Under the pieces are notes generated by a model, which saw only the letters and a program-made list of their open reading frames with translations, ran no database searches and was not told where the DNA came from. DNA of 64,000 nucleotides from an uncultured Ectothiorhodospiraceae bacterium (GTDB lineage Bacteria > Pseudomonadota > Gammaproteobacteria > J044), in NCBI GenBank assembly GCA_964641615.1, contig CAZXNH010000002.1, forward strand, positions 62,519 to 126,518, in the 5' to 3' direction. Shown piece by piece: positions 10,819 through 19,333 of this stretch. The position numbers were made by a program, and so were the translations under genes. Position 1 is the first letter of the stretch. Each line of letters opens with the position of its first letter.

Positions 10819-12482
10819 GAAGACTTTCGCTGCTATGGCGACTGAGCCAGATTAACTTCGTGCTGCTGCGCCATGGCCTGGACGACCTGGTCTTTTCTAT
10901 ACACCTGTTCCGACCCCTGCGCTTTGTTTTCTATCTTTCACCCTGGAACTGGATACCGCGCAAACGCGCAAGTCGAGGTGAACGCATACGCCGCAGCCTG
11001 GAAGACCTGGGACCCATCTTCGTCAAGTTCGGTCAGATGCTCTCAACCCGGCCAGATATCCTGCCCGATGACATCGCCCTGGAACTATCGCGGCTGCAGG
11101 ACCAGGTGCCACCCTTCCCCGGCAAGGTGGCGCGCCAGATTATCGAGGAGGCCTACGGCCACCCTATCGAAGACATCCTCGATGATTTTGATGAAACCCC
11201 CATGGCCTCGGCCTCTATTGCCCAGGTACACAGCGCAAAGCTGAAGGAAGATGGCTCAGAGGTCATCGTCAAGGTGGTACGCCCTAACATCCTGAAGACC
11301 ATAAAACACGACATCTCCCTGCTCTACACGGTTGCCGAGCTGGCCCAGCGTTACTGGCCTGAGGCCCGCCGCCTGCGTCCGGTTGAGGTGGTCAGTGAAT
11401 ATGAAAAAACCATCATCGACGAGCTGGACCTGCTACGTGAGGCTGCAAATGCCACCCAGCTACGCGCCAACTTTGCCGACACGGGTCTGCTGTACATCCC
11501 TGAGGTGCACTGGGATTACTGTCGTAGCAACGTGCTGGTGCTGGAACGCATCTATGGGCTGCCCATCGATGACATCGCTGCCCTGAACCACGCCGGCACG
11601 GATATGCGGCGATTGTCAGAACTCGGTGTCGAGATCTTCTTCACCCAGGTATTCAGACACAACTTCTTCCATGCTGATATGCACCCCGGCAACATCTTTA
11701 TCGATGTCACCAATCCGAGGGATCCACGATATCTTGCCGTAGACTTTGGCATCGTCAGCAGCCTGTCTCCGGATGACCAACGCTACCTGGCCGAGAACTT
11801 CCATGCCTTCTTCAACCGTGACTACCAGCGCGTGGCCGAGCTCCACGTAGAGTCTGGCTGGGTACCCAAGGACACCCGTATCGATGAGTTCGAATCGGCT
11901 ATACGGACTGTCTGCGAACCCATCTTCCAGAAGCCCCTGAAAGAGATCTCCTTCGGGCAGCTCCTGCTGCGCCTGTTCCAGACTGCGCGTCGCTTTAACA
12001 TGGAGATTCAGCCCCAGCTGGTGCTACTGCAGAAGACCCTGCTGAATATCGAGGGCATTGGTCGCTCACTTTATCCTGATCTCGACCTGTGGCAGACCGC
12101 CAAGCCCTTCCTGGAAAAATGGATGATGGACCACCTGGGCGTGCAGGGCATGGCCAGCAGCGCTAAATACCATCTACCGCTGTTCATGGAAAAACTGCCC
12201 GAGATGCCAATGCTGGCCTACGACGTGCTGCGCAAGGCCTCGCGTGATGAACTGCGCATTCAATATGAATCAAAGCAACTTGAAGAACTCCAGAACACCC
12301 TGCGCTCCAGCAATGAGAGAACTATCACCGCCATAGCGGGGGCAAGCTCGATTATTGCCGGGGTCGGCCTGATGCAGGTACCCGGACTGGCCCTGACTAT
12401 GGGTATACCCACCTTCTCGCTGGCCCTGTATGGACTGGGCGCCTTCCTGATTATCGCTGCCTGGCTCAAGAGCACAGACTGA
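10815..12482 (+). CDS. ubiB: Ubiquinone biosynthesis protein UbiB (ABC1/ADCK atypical kinase family)
   Basis: 555 aa ABC1 kinase-like domain ([13 protein letters not shown]..., [13 protein letters not shown]) with C-terminal TM helices. Overlaps the ubiJ stop by 4 nt. Confidence 0.93.
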   Translation: MRRLSLLWRLSQINFVLLRHGLDDLVFSIHLFRPLRFVFYLSPWNWIPRKRASRGERIRRSLEDLGPIFVKFGQMLSTRPDILPDDIALELSRLQDQVPPFPGKVARQIIEEAYGHPIEDILDDFDETPMASASIAQVHSAKLKEDGSEVIVKVVRPNILKTIKHDISLLYTVAELAQRYWPEARRLRPVEVVSEYEKTIIDELDLLREAANATQLRANFADTGLLYIPEVHWDYCRSNVLVLERIYGLPIDDIAALNHAGTDMRRLSELGVEIFFTQVFRHNFFHADMHPGNIFIDVTNPRDPRYLAVDFGIVSSLSPDDQRYLAENFHAFFNRDYQRVAELHVESGWVPKDTRIDEFESAIRTVCEPIFQKPLKEISFGQLLLRLFQTARRFNMEIQPQLVLLQKTLLNIEGIGRSLYPDLDLWQTAKPFLEKWMMDHLGVQGMASSAKYHLPLFMEKLPEMPMLAYDVLRKASRDELRIQYESKQLEELQNTLRSSNERTITAIAGASSIIAGVGLMQVPGLALTMGIPTFSLALYGLGAFLIIAAWLKSTD

Positions 12483-12504
12483 CCAGGCTGACACTGACGG
12501 CCTG

Positions 12505-13353
12505 ATGAAAAAGACCCACTTCCCGGCCAACCTGAGCTGTCCACTGGATGGCGAACCGCTGAGCCTGATGGATGGCCAGTTACGCTGCCCAGGAAACCAC
12601 AGTTTTGATATCGCCCGCCAGGGCCACGTCAACCTGCTGCCTGTTCAGTTCAAACGTTCAAAAGATCCCGGTGACAGCAAGTTCATGATCGAAGCGCGCC
12701 AACGCTTCCTCGATAGCGGCGTCTACATACCCATTGCTGATGCCCTGGTTACGCGGGTCTCAGAAATCCTGCCCGATAGTGATAGCTGCAGCATCCTCGA
12801 TGCCGGCTGCGGGGAAGGCTATTACCTGGACAGACTTTGGCAGTCCCTCGACCAGGAGCGACTTGAGTGCATAGGCCTGGACATCTCCAAACCGGCCATC
12901 CTCACTGCGACACGCCGTAACAAAGAGACGACCTGGATCGTCGGCAGCAACAAACACCTTCCCGTATTGCCTGGCAGCCTGGATATCATCATCTGCCTGT
13001 TCGGCTTTCCCGTCTGGGAAGAATTTGCCCGCGCCCTGAAACCTGGCGGCAGGGTGGTACTCATTGATCCCGGTCCAGATCATCTGATTGAACTACGCCG
13101 CATCATCTATGACCGCGTTAAACAGACACCGGCACCCACGCTGGAACGGGCAGAACAAACCGGCTTCAGCCTGGATAACAGCCAGACACTCCGGTTCACC
13201 CCTGATGAACTTAACCATGCGCAGCTAATGGACCTGCTGACCATGACCCCTCATCTCTACCGCGCTAGCCAGAAAGGCCGCGATGCTGCGCAGCAGCTAC
13301 CTGGCCTTGCCGTCACGGTCGACATTCTGATCCGCACTGTTACCCGAACATAA
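12505..13353 (+). CDS. rlmA: 23S rRNA (guanine745-N1)-methyltransferase RlmA
   Basis: N-terminal zinc finger (CPLDGEPL...CPGNHSFDIARQGHVNLLPVQFKRSKDPGDS) matching the RlmA signature, followed by a SAM-methyltransferase core (ILDAGCGEGYY). Confidence 0.85.
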   Translation: MKKTHFPANLSCPLDGEPLSLMDGQLRCPGNHSFDIARQGHVNLLPVQFKRSKDPGDSKFMIEARQRFLDSGVYIPIADALVTRVSEILPDSDSCSILDAGCGEGYYLDRLWQSLDQERLECIGLDISKPAILTATRRNKETTWIVGSNKHLPVLPGSLDIIICLFGFPVWEEFARALKPGGRVVLIDPGPDHLIELRRIIYDRVKQTPAPTLERAEQTGFSLDNSQTLRFTPDELNHAQLMDLLTMTPHLYRASQKGRDAAQQLPGLAVTVDILIRTVTRT

Positions 13354-13377
13354 GTAGCCAACATTTATCTCTCGGAC

Positions 13378-13435
13378 AGTGCCACATCACGCGTACATCC
13401 CCTGATGCAATTAGATGTACGCGTGATGTGGCACT
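13378..13435. repeat. Perfect 21-bp inverted repeat (agtgccacatcacgcgtacat / atgtacgcgtgatgtggcact) with a 16-nt loop, downstream of rlmA at the edge of the low-GC islet
   Basis: Seen directly in the sequence. It has no flanking T-run, so it is not a canonical intrinsic terminator. Confidence 0.8.
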
Positions 13436-13631
13436 ACTAGCTTATCGGTAAGTTACAGTAGTCGAGGTCACTGGCTTCGTCGCCAGTAAGGCTCACGTGC
13501 CTGCAATTTAACCCTCCTTATCGTGGACTTTTTTATACTCCCGTCTGAAAGTCAGGGGTATACTCTTGCGACCCCCATGAAAAAAATAAGTCCTTATATC
13601 AAACATGGGTATAAACAAAAGGAGTCCATAA

Positions 13632-14063
13632 ATGAAAACCAAAGCACTAAGCCTTGCGGCACTATTCCTGCTCGTTGTAACTTCACTATTAAATGTAGCT
13701 ATTGCCAACGAACCTAAACAGGTTGTTATTCAGGTTAGCAGCAACGATCCCGTTACTCAGAAGATAGCGCTGAACAATGCCGTCAATCTTCAAAAGCTTT
13801 ATGGCATGGATAACGTTGTTGTTGAAATTGTCGCCTATGGCCCAGGCCTGAGCCTGATGACAAAGGCCAGCGATAATGCCAAGCGTGTTGAAAGCCTGGC
13901 CATGCAGAACATCAACTTTAGCGCCTGCATGAACACCATGAAGAACGTTGAAAAGAAGACCGGCAAAAAACCCATGCTATCGGAAGGCGTAAATACCACT
14001 CCTTCGGGTATTGCCCGTATTGTTGAACTTCAGGGTGAAGGTTACGCCTACGTACGCCCTTAA
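13632..14063 (+). CDS. Secreted DsrE/DsrF-like family protein (putative sulfur-relay/peroxiredoxin-like fold)
   Basis: Signal peptide MKTKALSLAALFLLVVTSLLNVAIA, then about 115 aa with a DsrE-like pattern (VVIQVSS..., VAYGPGL, a conserved Cys in SACMNT). Sits in a low-GC region. Confidence 0.4.
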   Translation: MKTKALSLAALFLLVVTSLLNVAIANEPKQVVIQVSSNDPVTQKIALNNAVNLQKLYGMDNVVVEIVAYGPGLSLMTKASDNAKRVESLAMQNINFSACMNTMKNVEKKTGKKPMLSEGVNTTPSGIARIVELQGEGYAYVRP

Positions 14064-14422
14064 GTACTACTTTCTGTTGCATGGCGAGGGATTGCCATAC
14101 AACAGTCATACCCAAACATGTTCTGATCCCCGCAAGAATTGATAACCAGTTAACAATATTTTTAAAACTCTTCTACTCTTGTTTGACGACAAACAATTCT
14201 TGTCCTATTTTTAATAGTGTTAAAGGCAACTCACTCGAAAGGGTGAAGACGCAAAGTCACCGGTCTAAGGGAAAATCCTATGATAGCGGGGCCGCCAGAA
14301 TCTCCGGGCATATGTCCATCTGCGGTTTCCCCTCTTCAACGAATTCAACCCTGATACCGATGCAATAACAATACGCGTCCTGCTTGCCTTTGTACTCAAC
14401 ACAAAACAAAAGGATGTTAAGG

Positions 14423-14722
14423 ATGAAACTGTCAAAGAGTATACGCACATTGCTGGCAGCGACAGGATTGCTGCTAATACAGGGAACTACTTCTGCTTCT
14501 GATTTATATGAAGGAGTTATTGCCTATAACAGTGGTGAATATGAGAAGGCCTTTGCCCTGTGGGAGCCTCTGGCCAAACAGGGTGATCATCGCGCACAGT
14601 ACAACATGGCCATGCTATATAGCAGCGGCAAGGGCGTTCCCCAAAGTGACATCGAGGCAACCAGATGGTACAAAGAAGCTGCGGCACAAGGTAACGAGTA
14701 TGCTGCTCTACACCTGAAATAA
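14423..14722 (+). CDS. Secreted Sel1-repeat (TPR-like) protein
   Basis: Signal peptide MKLSKSIRTLLAATGLLLIQGTTSA. Two Sel1-type repeats (YEKAFALWEPLAKQGDHRAQYNMAMLYSSGKGVPQSDIEATRWYKEAAAQGNEYA). An RBS (aagga) precedes the ATG at 14423. Confidence 0.6.
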   Translation: MKLSKSIRTLLAATGLLLIQGTTSASDLYEGVIAYNSGEYEKAFALWEPLAKQGDHRAQYNMAMLYSSGKGVPQSDIEATRWYKEAAAQGNEYAALHLK

Positions 14723-14778
14723 CAAAAACAACCTTGCCCCGGCTTTAGCCGGGGCCCGGGTATCAAAGGAGCAAAAAC

Positions 14779-15591
14779 ATGAACGTGATTTCAAAAGCCG
14801 TCGTTATTCTGATAATTGGCTTTTTCTCATCTGTGGGCCTGGCAAACAATGAAGAATTCCCAAATCGAAAGCTTTTTCCTGAAACCACACCTATAAGTCT
14901 CGATAAGTTAAAAGCCACAAAAAACGACACCATCATTATAGATGTACGCTCAGCCTATGAATTCGATACGCTTCATATCAAAGATGCGATAAATATTCCG
15001 CTAAATGCTTCCGACTTTACAAGCAGCCTTGAGAAGCTAAGAAAAACCAGCAACAAGCCCATCATCTTTTACTGTAACGGCAAGACCTGTAAGAAATCTT
15101 ATAAGGCAGCTCTAAAGGCTGTTAAGGCCAAGATCCCCTCAGTATTCGTTTTTGATGCTGGTATTTTTGACTGGGCCGAAGCATACCCGGAAGAAAGCAT
15201 TTTGCTTGGCAACCTTCTCAAGGATAAGGATCGACTAATTTCTTCAGCCGATCTTAAAGAACATATGCTTGATCATAAATCTTTTGTCAGGCAGGCAAAG
15301 TCGGACGATGTCATTATTCTCGACATACGTGACCCAGTACAACGAGACGGTCTACAGATTTTCGCCCATAGAGAAAACGTAGTACCTCTGGATAACGCCA
15401 AATTGCAAAAGTATGTAGACCAGGCAAAGGCCGAGAATAAAACCCTGATGATCTATGACGCGGTAGGTAAACAGGTACGCTGGTTACAGTACTACCTGGA
15501 GGATCAGCGCGCTTCTGATTATTACTTCATGAAGGGTGGTGCAGAAGCGCACTTTGAAGACTTTATTGCAAAGTATCGCAAGAAGCTTTAA
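14779..15591 (+). CDS. Secreted tandem rhodanese-domain sulfurtransferase (active first domain, second domain lacks the Cys)
   Basis: Signal peptide. Domain 1 carries the active-site loop YCNGKTCKKS after DVRSAYEFDTLHIKDAINIP. Domain 2 (ILDIRDP...MIYDAVGKQ) has no Cys. Confidence 0.7.
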   Translation: MNVISKAVVILIIGFFSSVGLANNEEFPNRKLFPETTPISLDKLKATKNDTIIIDVRSAYEFDTLHIKDAINIPLNASDFTSSLEKLRKTSNKPIIFYCNGKTCKKSYKAALKAVKAKIPSVFVFDAGIFDWAEAYPEESILLGNLLKDKDRLISSADLKEHMLDHKSFVRQAKSDDVIILDIRDPVQRDGLQIFAHRENVVPLDNAKLQKYVDQAKAENKTLMIYDAVGKQVRWLQYYLEDQRASDYYFMKGGAEAHFEDFIAKYRKKL

Positions 15592-15700
15592 TTAATATTA
15601 TTCATTGGGCTCCTTGAACACAGGGATGTGTTTTATTTTTGTTCTTTTTTAGATACAAGCATTTCGCCCCCTGGCTGTGCAGGACAGAGAGCGAAATGAT

Positions 15701-16036
15701 TTATTCAAATATCACTTTGAATTCAGCCTCTGCTGAAGACTTATCAATCTTCACCAGCATCTCCCCATAACCACTCTCAGTGGTGGGGTCAAAACCACAG
15801 GATCCACCGGCGCTGACTTCATTAAAGAAGACACTGATTTTTGCATGGATGGATTGCTCGTCCTCGGTAACAGTAAGTACGGAAACACTCAGGCTGCTGT
15901 GATCAATACTGCCACCACGCAAGCTACATTGCGCCAGCGGCAGTTGGCCTTCTGGCAACGCAGCTAATTCTTCCTTCAGCACCTGTTTGAAGGTGTCAGC
16001 GCCCCAGCTCTTTAAAGACTTCTCGAGAACAGTCAT
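15701..16036 (-). CDS. Hypothetical protein (111 aa), co-oriented immediately downstream of deaD
   Basis: ORF with moderately low GC and no motif I recognise. Start and stop are tightly packed against deaD. Confidence 0.35.
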   Translation of the reverse strand: MTVLEKSLKSWGADTFKQVLKEELAALPEGQLPLAQCSLRGGSIDHSSLSVSVLTVTEDEQSIHAKISVFFNEVSAGGSCGFDPTTESGYGEMLVKIDKSSAEAEFKVIFE

Positions 16037-16052
16037 CGCTCAACCCGAATGA

Positions 16053-17936
16053 TTATTCCTTAGGTTTACGCTTTTTGGCTTTAGGTTTACCGTGGCCTTT
16101 GGCGTCTTTCCGTTTCTTATCGTGACCTTTGCGTTTCCTGTCTGTTGAATCAAATTTTTTCCTGGCCTTTACACCCTGCCTTCTGTCACCGCCACGTTTC
16201 TCAGGCTGCTTGTCATCACCTTCGCGCCAGTCCTTGATGGGCTTCAGGTTCAGATGGCGTCCGCAGACCCAGGCCTTTTGCAGTACCTTTTCAATCTCCG
16301 GAGGCATGCCTTCTGGCAGATCGATGGTGCTGAAGTCATCGAAGATTTCCACCTGGCCAATATATTCGCTTTCAATTCCGCCTTCATTGGCAACCGCACC
16401 AATAATATTTCCGGGCTTTACATCGTGCTCATAACCTACAGCAACACGGTAACGCACCATTTCCACTTCAGGATGTTTTATAAGAGGCTTTGGCTCAAAA
16501 GAGGGCATGGCCTTTTTGGGACGTTCACCACGATCACCACGATCACGGCCCGTGCCTTTTTCATCGCGCTGACGTTCTGGTCGTTCTGGACGTTCCCTGC
16601 GTCGGCTTTCTTCCATCAGCAGCGGCTCATCACCCTGCACCATTTTCGCCAGTGCAGCAGCAATCTGCACAGGATCAATATCCTGTTCCTGCTGTAGCTC
16701 TGTGACGACCTGGTAACAGACATCCAGGTTAGCGCTGGTAATGGTATCGGCAATACGCTGTTTGAATCGGGCAACTCGCTGGACATTGATATCTGATACC
16801 GAGGGCATCTGCATGGGCTCAATCTTTTGCCGCGTGGTCCTTTCAATCGCCTTGAGCAGGCGTATCTCGCGATTAGAGACAAACAGGATGGCCTCACCAC
16901 TACGACCGGCGCGACCAGTACGGCCGATACGGTGTACATAAGACTCTGGATCGTAAGGGATATCGTAGTTTATGACATGGCTGATGCGTTCAACATCCAG
17001 GCCACGTGCAACCACATCGGTTGCGATCAGGATGTCGAGCTGGCCTTTCTTTAACTTGTCGACGATACGCTCACGCATCTTCTGCTGGATATCACCGTTA
17101 AGCGCCTCGGCGGCATAACCTCGTGCCGATAATTTTTCTGCCAGTTCTTCAGTGGCATTCTTGGTGCGAACAAAAATCAGGATGGCATCGAAGGGCTCTG
17201 ACTCGAGTATGCGCGTCAGGGCATCGAGCTTGTGCAATCCACTTACCTGCCAGTAACGCTGGCGGATGGTCTTGGCCGTTGTGGTCTTGTCCTTGATACG
17301 AACCAGCGCGGGTTCATTCAGATACGTGGTTGCCACCTTCTTGATAACGGGCGGCATAGTTGCGGAGAACAGCGCAATCTGGCGATCATCCGGTGTGTGT
17401 TCCAGGATCCATTCCACATCATCGATGAATCCCATGCGCAGCATTTCATCGGCCTCGTCCAGCACCAGACCCGTGAGGGCATCCAGCTTGAGGGTGCCGC
17501 GACGCATATGATCCATAACGCGACCCGGTGTACCGACTACCACCTGAACACCACGCTTTAACTGGCGCAGCTGAATATCGTAAGACTGACCACCGTAGAT
17601 AGGCAGGACATGAAAGTCTTTCAGATGATGGGCATAACTCTGGAAGGCCTCAGCCACCTGGATGGCCAGCTCACGCGTAGGAGCCAGTACCAGCAGCTGG
17701 GGCTGCTTCAGCCTGAGATCGAGCCTCGCCAGCATGGGCAGCGCAAAGGCTGCGGTCTTACCGGTACCGGTCTGCGCCTGGCCCAGAAGGTCACGCCCTT
17801 CCAGCAGGGTTGGAATAGTCTCGGCCTGGATAGGCGAAGGTGTCTCATAGCCCAGATCTTTCAGGGCAAGAAGTAATGGATCAGGAAGATTGAGATCCTG
17901 AAAAGTAACAGAAACGGGGGATTCTTGGTCGGTCAT
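16053..17936 (-). CDS. deaD: Cold-shock DEAD-box ATP-dependent RNA helicase DeaD/CsdA
   Basis: Q-motif, Walker A AQTGTGKT, DEAD box (VLDEADEML), SAT, HRIGRTGR, a DbpA-type RNA-binding domain, and an Arg/Lys-rich C-terminal tail. Confidence 0.9.
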   Translation of the reverse strand: MTDQESPVSVTFQDLNLPDPLLLALKDLGYETPSPIQAETIPTLLEGRDLLGQAQTGTGKTAAFALPMLARLDLRLKQPQLLVLAPTRELAIQVAEAFQSYAHHLKDFHVLPIYGGQSYDIQLRQLKRGVQVVVGTPGRVMDHMRRGTLKLDALTGLVLDEADEMLRMGFIDDVEWILEHTPDDRQIALFSATMPPVIKKVATTYLNEPALVRIKDKTTTAKTIRQRYWQVSGLHKLDALTRILESEPFDAILIFVRTKNATEELAEKLSARGYAAEALNGDIQQKMRERIVDKLKKGQLDILIATDVVARGLDVERISHVINYDIPYDPESYVHRIGRTGRAGRSGEAILFVSNREIRLLKAIERTTRQKIEPMQMPSVSDINVQRVARFKQRIADTITSANLDVCYQVVTELQQEQDIDPVQIAAALAKMVQGDEPLLMEESRRRERPERPERQRDEKGTGRDRGDRGERPKKAMPSFEPKPLIKHPEVEMVRYRVAVGYEHDVKPGNIIGAVANEGGIESEYIGQVEIFDDFSTIDLPEGMPPEIEKVLQKAWVCGRHLNLKPIKDWREGDDKQPEKRGGDRRQGVKARKKFDSTDRKRKGHDKKRKDAKGHGKPKAKKRKPKE

Positions 17937-18058
17937 GATTTATGCCTAATTAGAATGATGGAGCTAGGCAAAAACCTAACGAAAGTAAAGATTATAAAGG
18001 ACTTTGGCCCACGCTGTACGAAATGTTTTCAGAAATCGGCTCCAGGCCTTTGCACGGG

Positions 18059-19318
18059 CTAGATTTCCAGCAACATGCGCGCGGGGTCTTCCAGCAGCTG
18101 CTTGATGGTCACCAGGCAACTCACCGCATCACGACCATCGACTATACGATGATCGTAAGACAGGGCCAGGTACATCACCGGTCGTACGACAACCTCACCA
18201 TTCTCGGCCACCGGACGCTCCACGATATTGTGCATGCCGAGGATCGCGCTCTGGGGCGGATTGATTATAGGTGTGGACAACATGGAACCAAACACACCGC
18301 CATTAGTAATCGAGAAGGTACCGCCAGTGAGTTCTTCCATCTCCAGCTTGCCTTCTTTCGCGCGGACGGCAAAATCGCGAATCTGTTTCTCGATATCAGC
18401 CAGGCTCATCTGGTCTGCATCACGCAGCACGGGAACCACGAGGCCACGTGGCGTTGATACAGCCACACCGATATCAAAGTACTCGTGATACACGATATCA
18501 CTACCATCCACCGAGGCATTGATGACCGGGAATCGCTTCAGGGCCTCTGCCGCTGCATGGACGAAGAAAGACATGAAACCCAGGCGCACATCATGCGCTT
18601 TTTCAAACTGCTCCTTGTAACGATTACGCAGATCCATGACCGGCTTCATATTGACCTCGTTAAAGGTCGTCAGGATAGCCGCATTCTGCTGTGCTTCTAA
18701 CAGACGCTCAGCAATGCGGGCGCGTAACCGTGTCATTGGTACGCGTTTATCTACACGGTCGCCTGCCGGGGCTGGCGCCTTGTAAAGATTGGGCGTTTCC
18801 GCAGGCACTGTCATGGGCTCAGGTTTGGGTTCGGGTGCGACGCTTTTGACCAGCTCTGGCGCAACAGACGCAGACCTTACTGCTGGCTGAACTGGCTTCT
18901 GCTGCTCAAGGTACTTCAGCACATCCTCCTTAAGCAGGCGTCCATTCTTACCCGTGGCGGGAATGTTTCCTGCCTTAAGGTCATGCTCATGTAACAGCTT
19001 GCGTACAGCCGGACTGATCGAGGGCCCCTTTTCTGCAGGAGCCTGGGCCTGTTTGGGCTCGATAACATGAATCGAGGCCTCGCCATCGGTAATCATGGCG
19101 ATGAGTTGTCCCGCCGTGACCGTGCTACCTTCCGGCTCAACGATAGATTCCAGCACGCCGGCCTGGGGCGCAGGCACTTCAAGGACCACCTTATCGGTTT
19201 CGATATCGACCAGGTTTTCATCCTGCTCTACCGTGTCACCAGGTTTCTTGTGCCAGGCAGACACCAGAGCATCGCTTACCGACTCTGGTAACTGCGGAAT
19301 CTTGACCTCAACGCTCAT
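18059..19318 (-). CDS. sucB: Dihydrolipoyllysine-residue succinyltransferase (E2 of 2-oxoglutarate dehydrogenase)
   Basis: Lipoyl domain ([13 protein letters not shown]), E3-binding domain, and a catalytic domain containing DHRIVDG. Directly downstream of sucA. Confidence 0.92.
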   Translation of the reverse strand: MSVEVKIPQLPESVSDALVSAWHKKPGDTVEQDENLVDIETDKVVLEVPAPQAGVLESIVEPEGSTVTAGQLIAMITDGEASIHVIEPKQAQAPAEKGPSISPAVRKLLHEHDLKAGNIPATGKNGRLLKEDVLKYLEQQKPVQPAVRSASVAPELVKSVAPEPKPEPMTVPAETPNLYKAPAPAGDRVDKRVPMTRLRARIAERLLEAQQNAAILTTFNEVNMKPVMDLRNRYKEQFEKAHDVRLGFMSFFVHAAAEALKRFPVINASVDGSDIVYHEYFDIGVAVSTPRGLVVPVLRDADQMSLADIEKQIRDFAVRAKEGKLEMEELTGGTFSITNGGVFGSMLSTPIINPPQSAILGMHNIVERPVAENGEVVVRPVMYLALSYDHRIVDGRDAVSCLVTIKQLLEDPARMLLEI

Positions 19319-19333
19319 AACCCACCCCTTTTC

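Noticed and set aside
11860-11885. GAGTTCGAATCGGC, resembling a tRNA T-arm
   Set aside because: It is embedded in-frame within ubiB coding sequence (…DEFESAI…) with no cloverleaf context. No tRNA-like intergenic segments were found elsewhere in the window.
16254-16705. Several 70-150-aa ORFs on the plus strand
   Set aside because: Antisense to deaD. The His/Arg-rich translation is an artefact of the reverse frame of the Arg/Asp-rich helicase tail.
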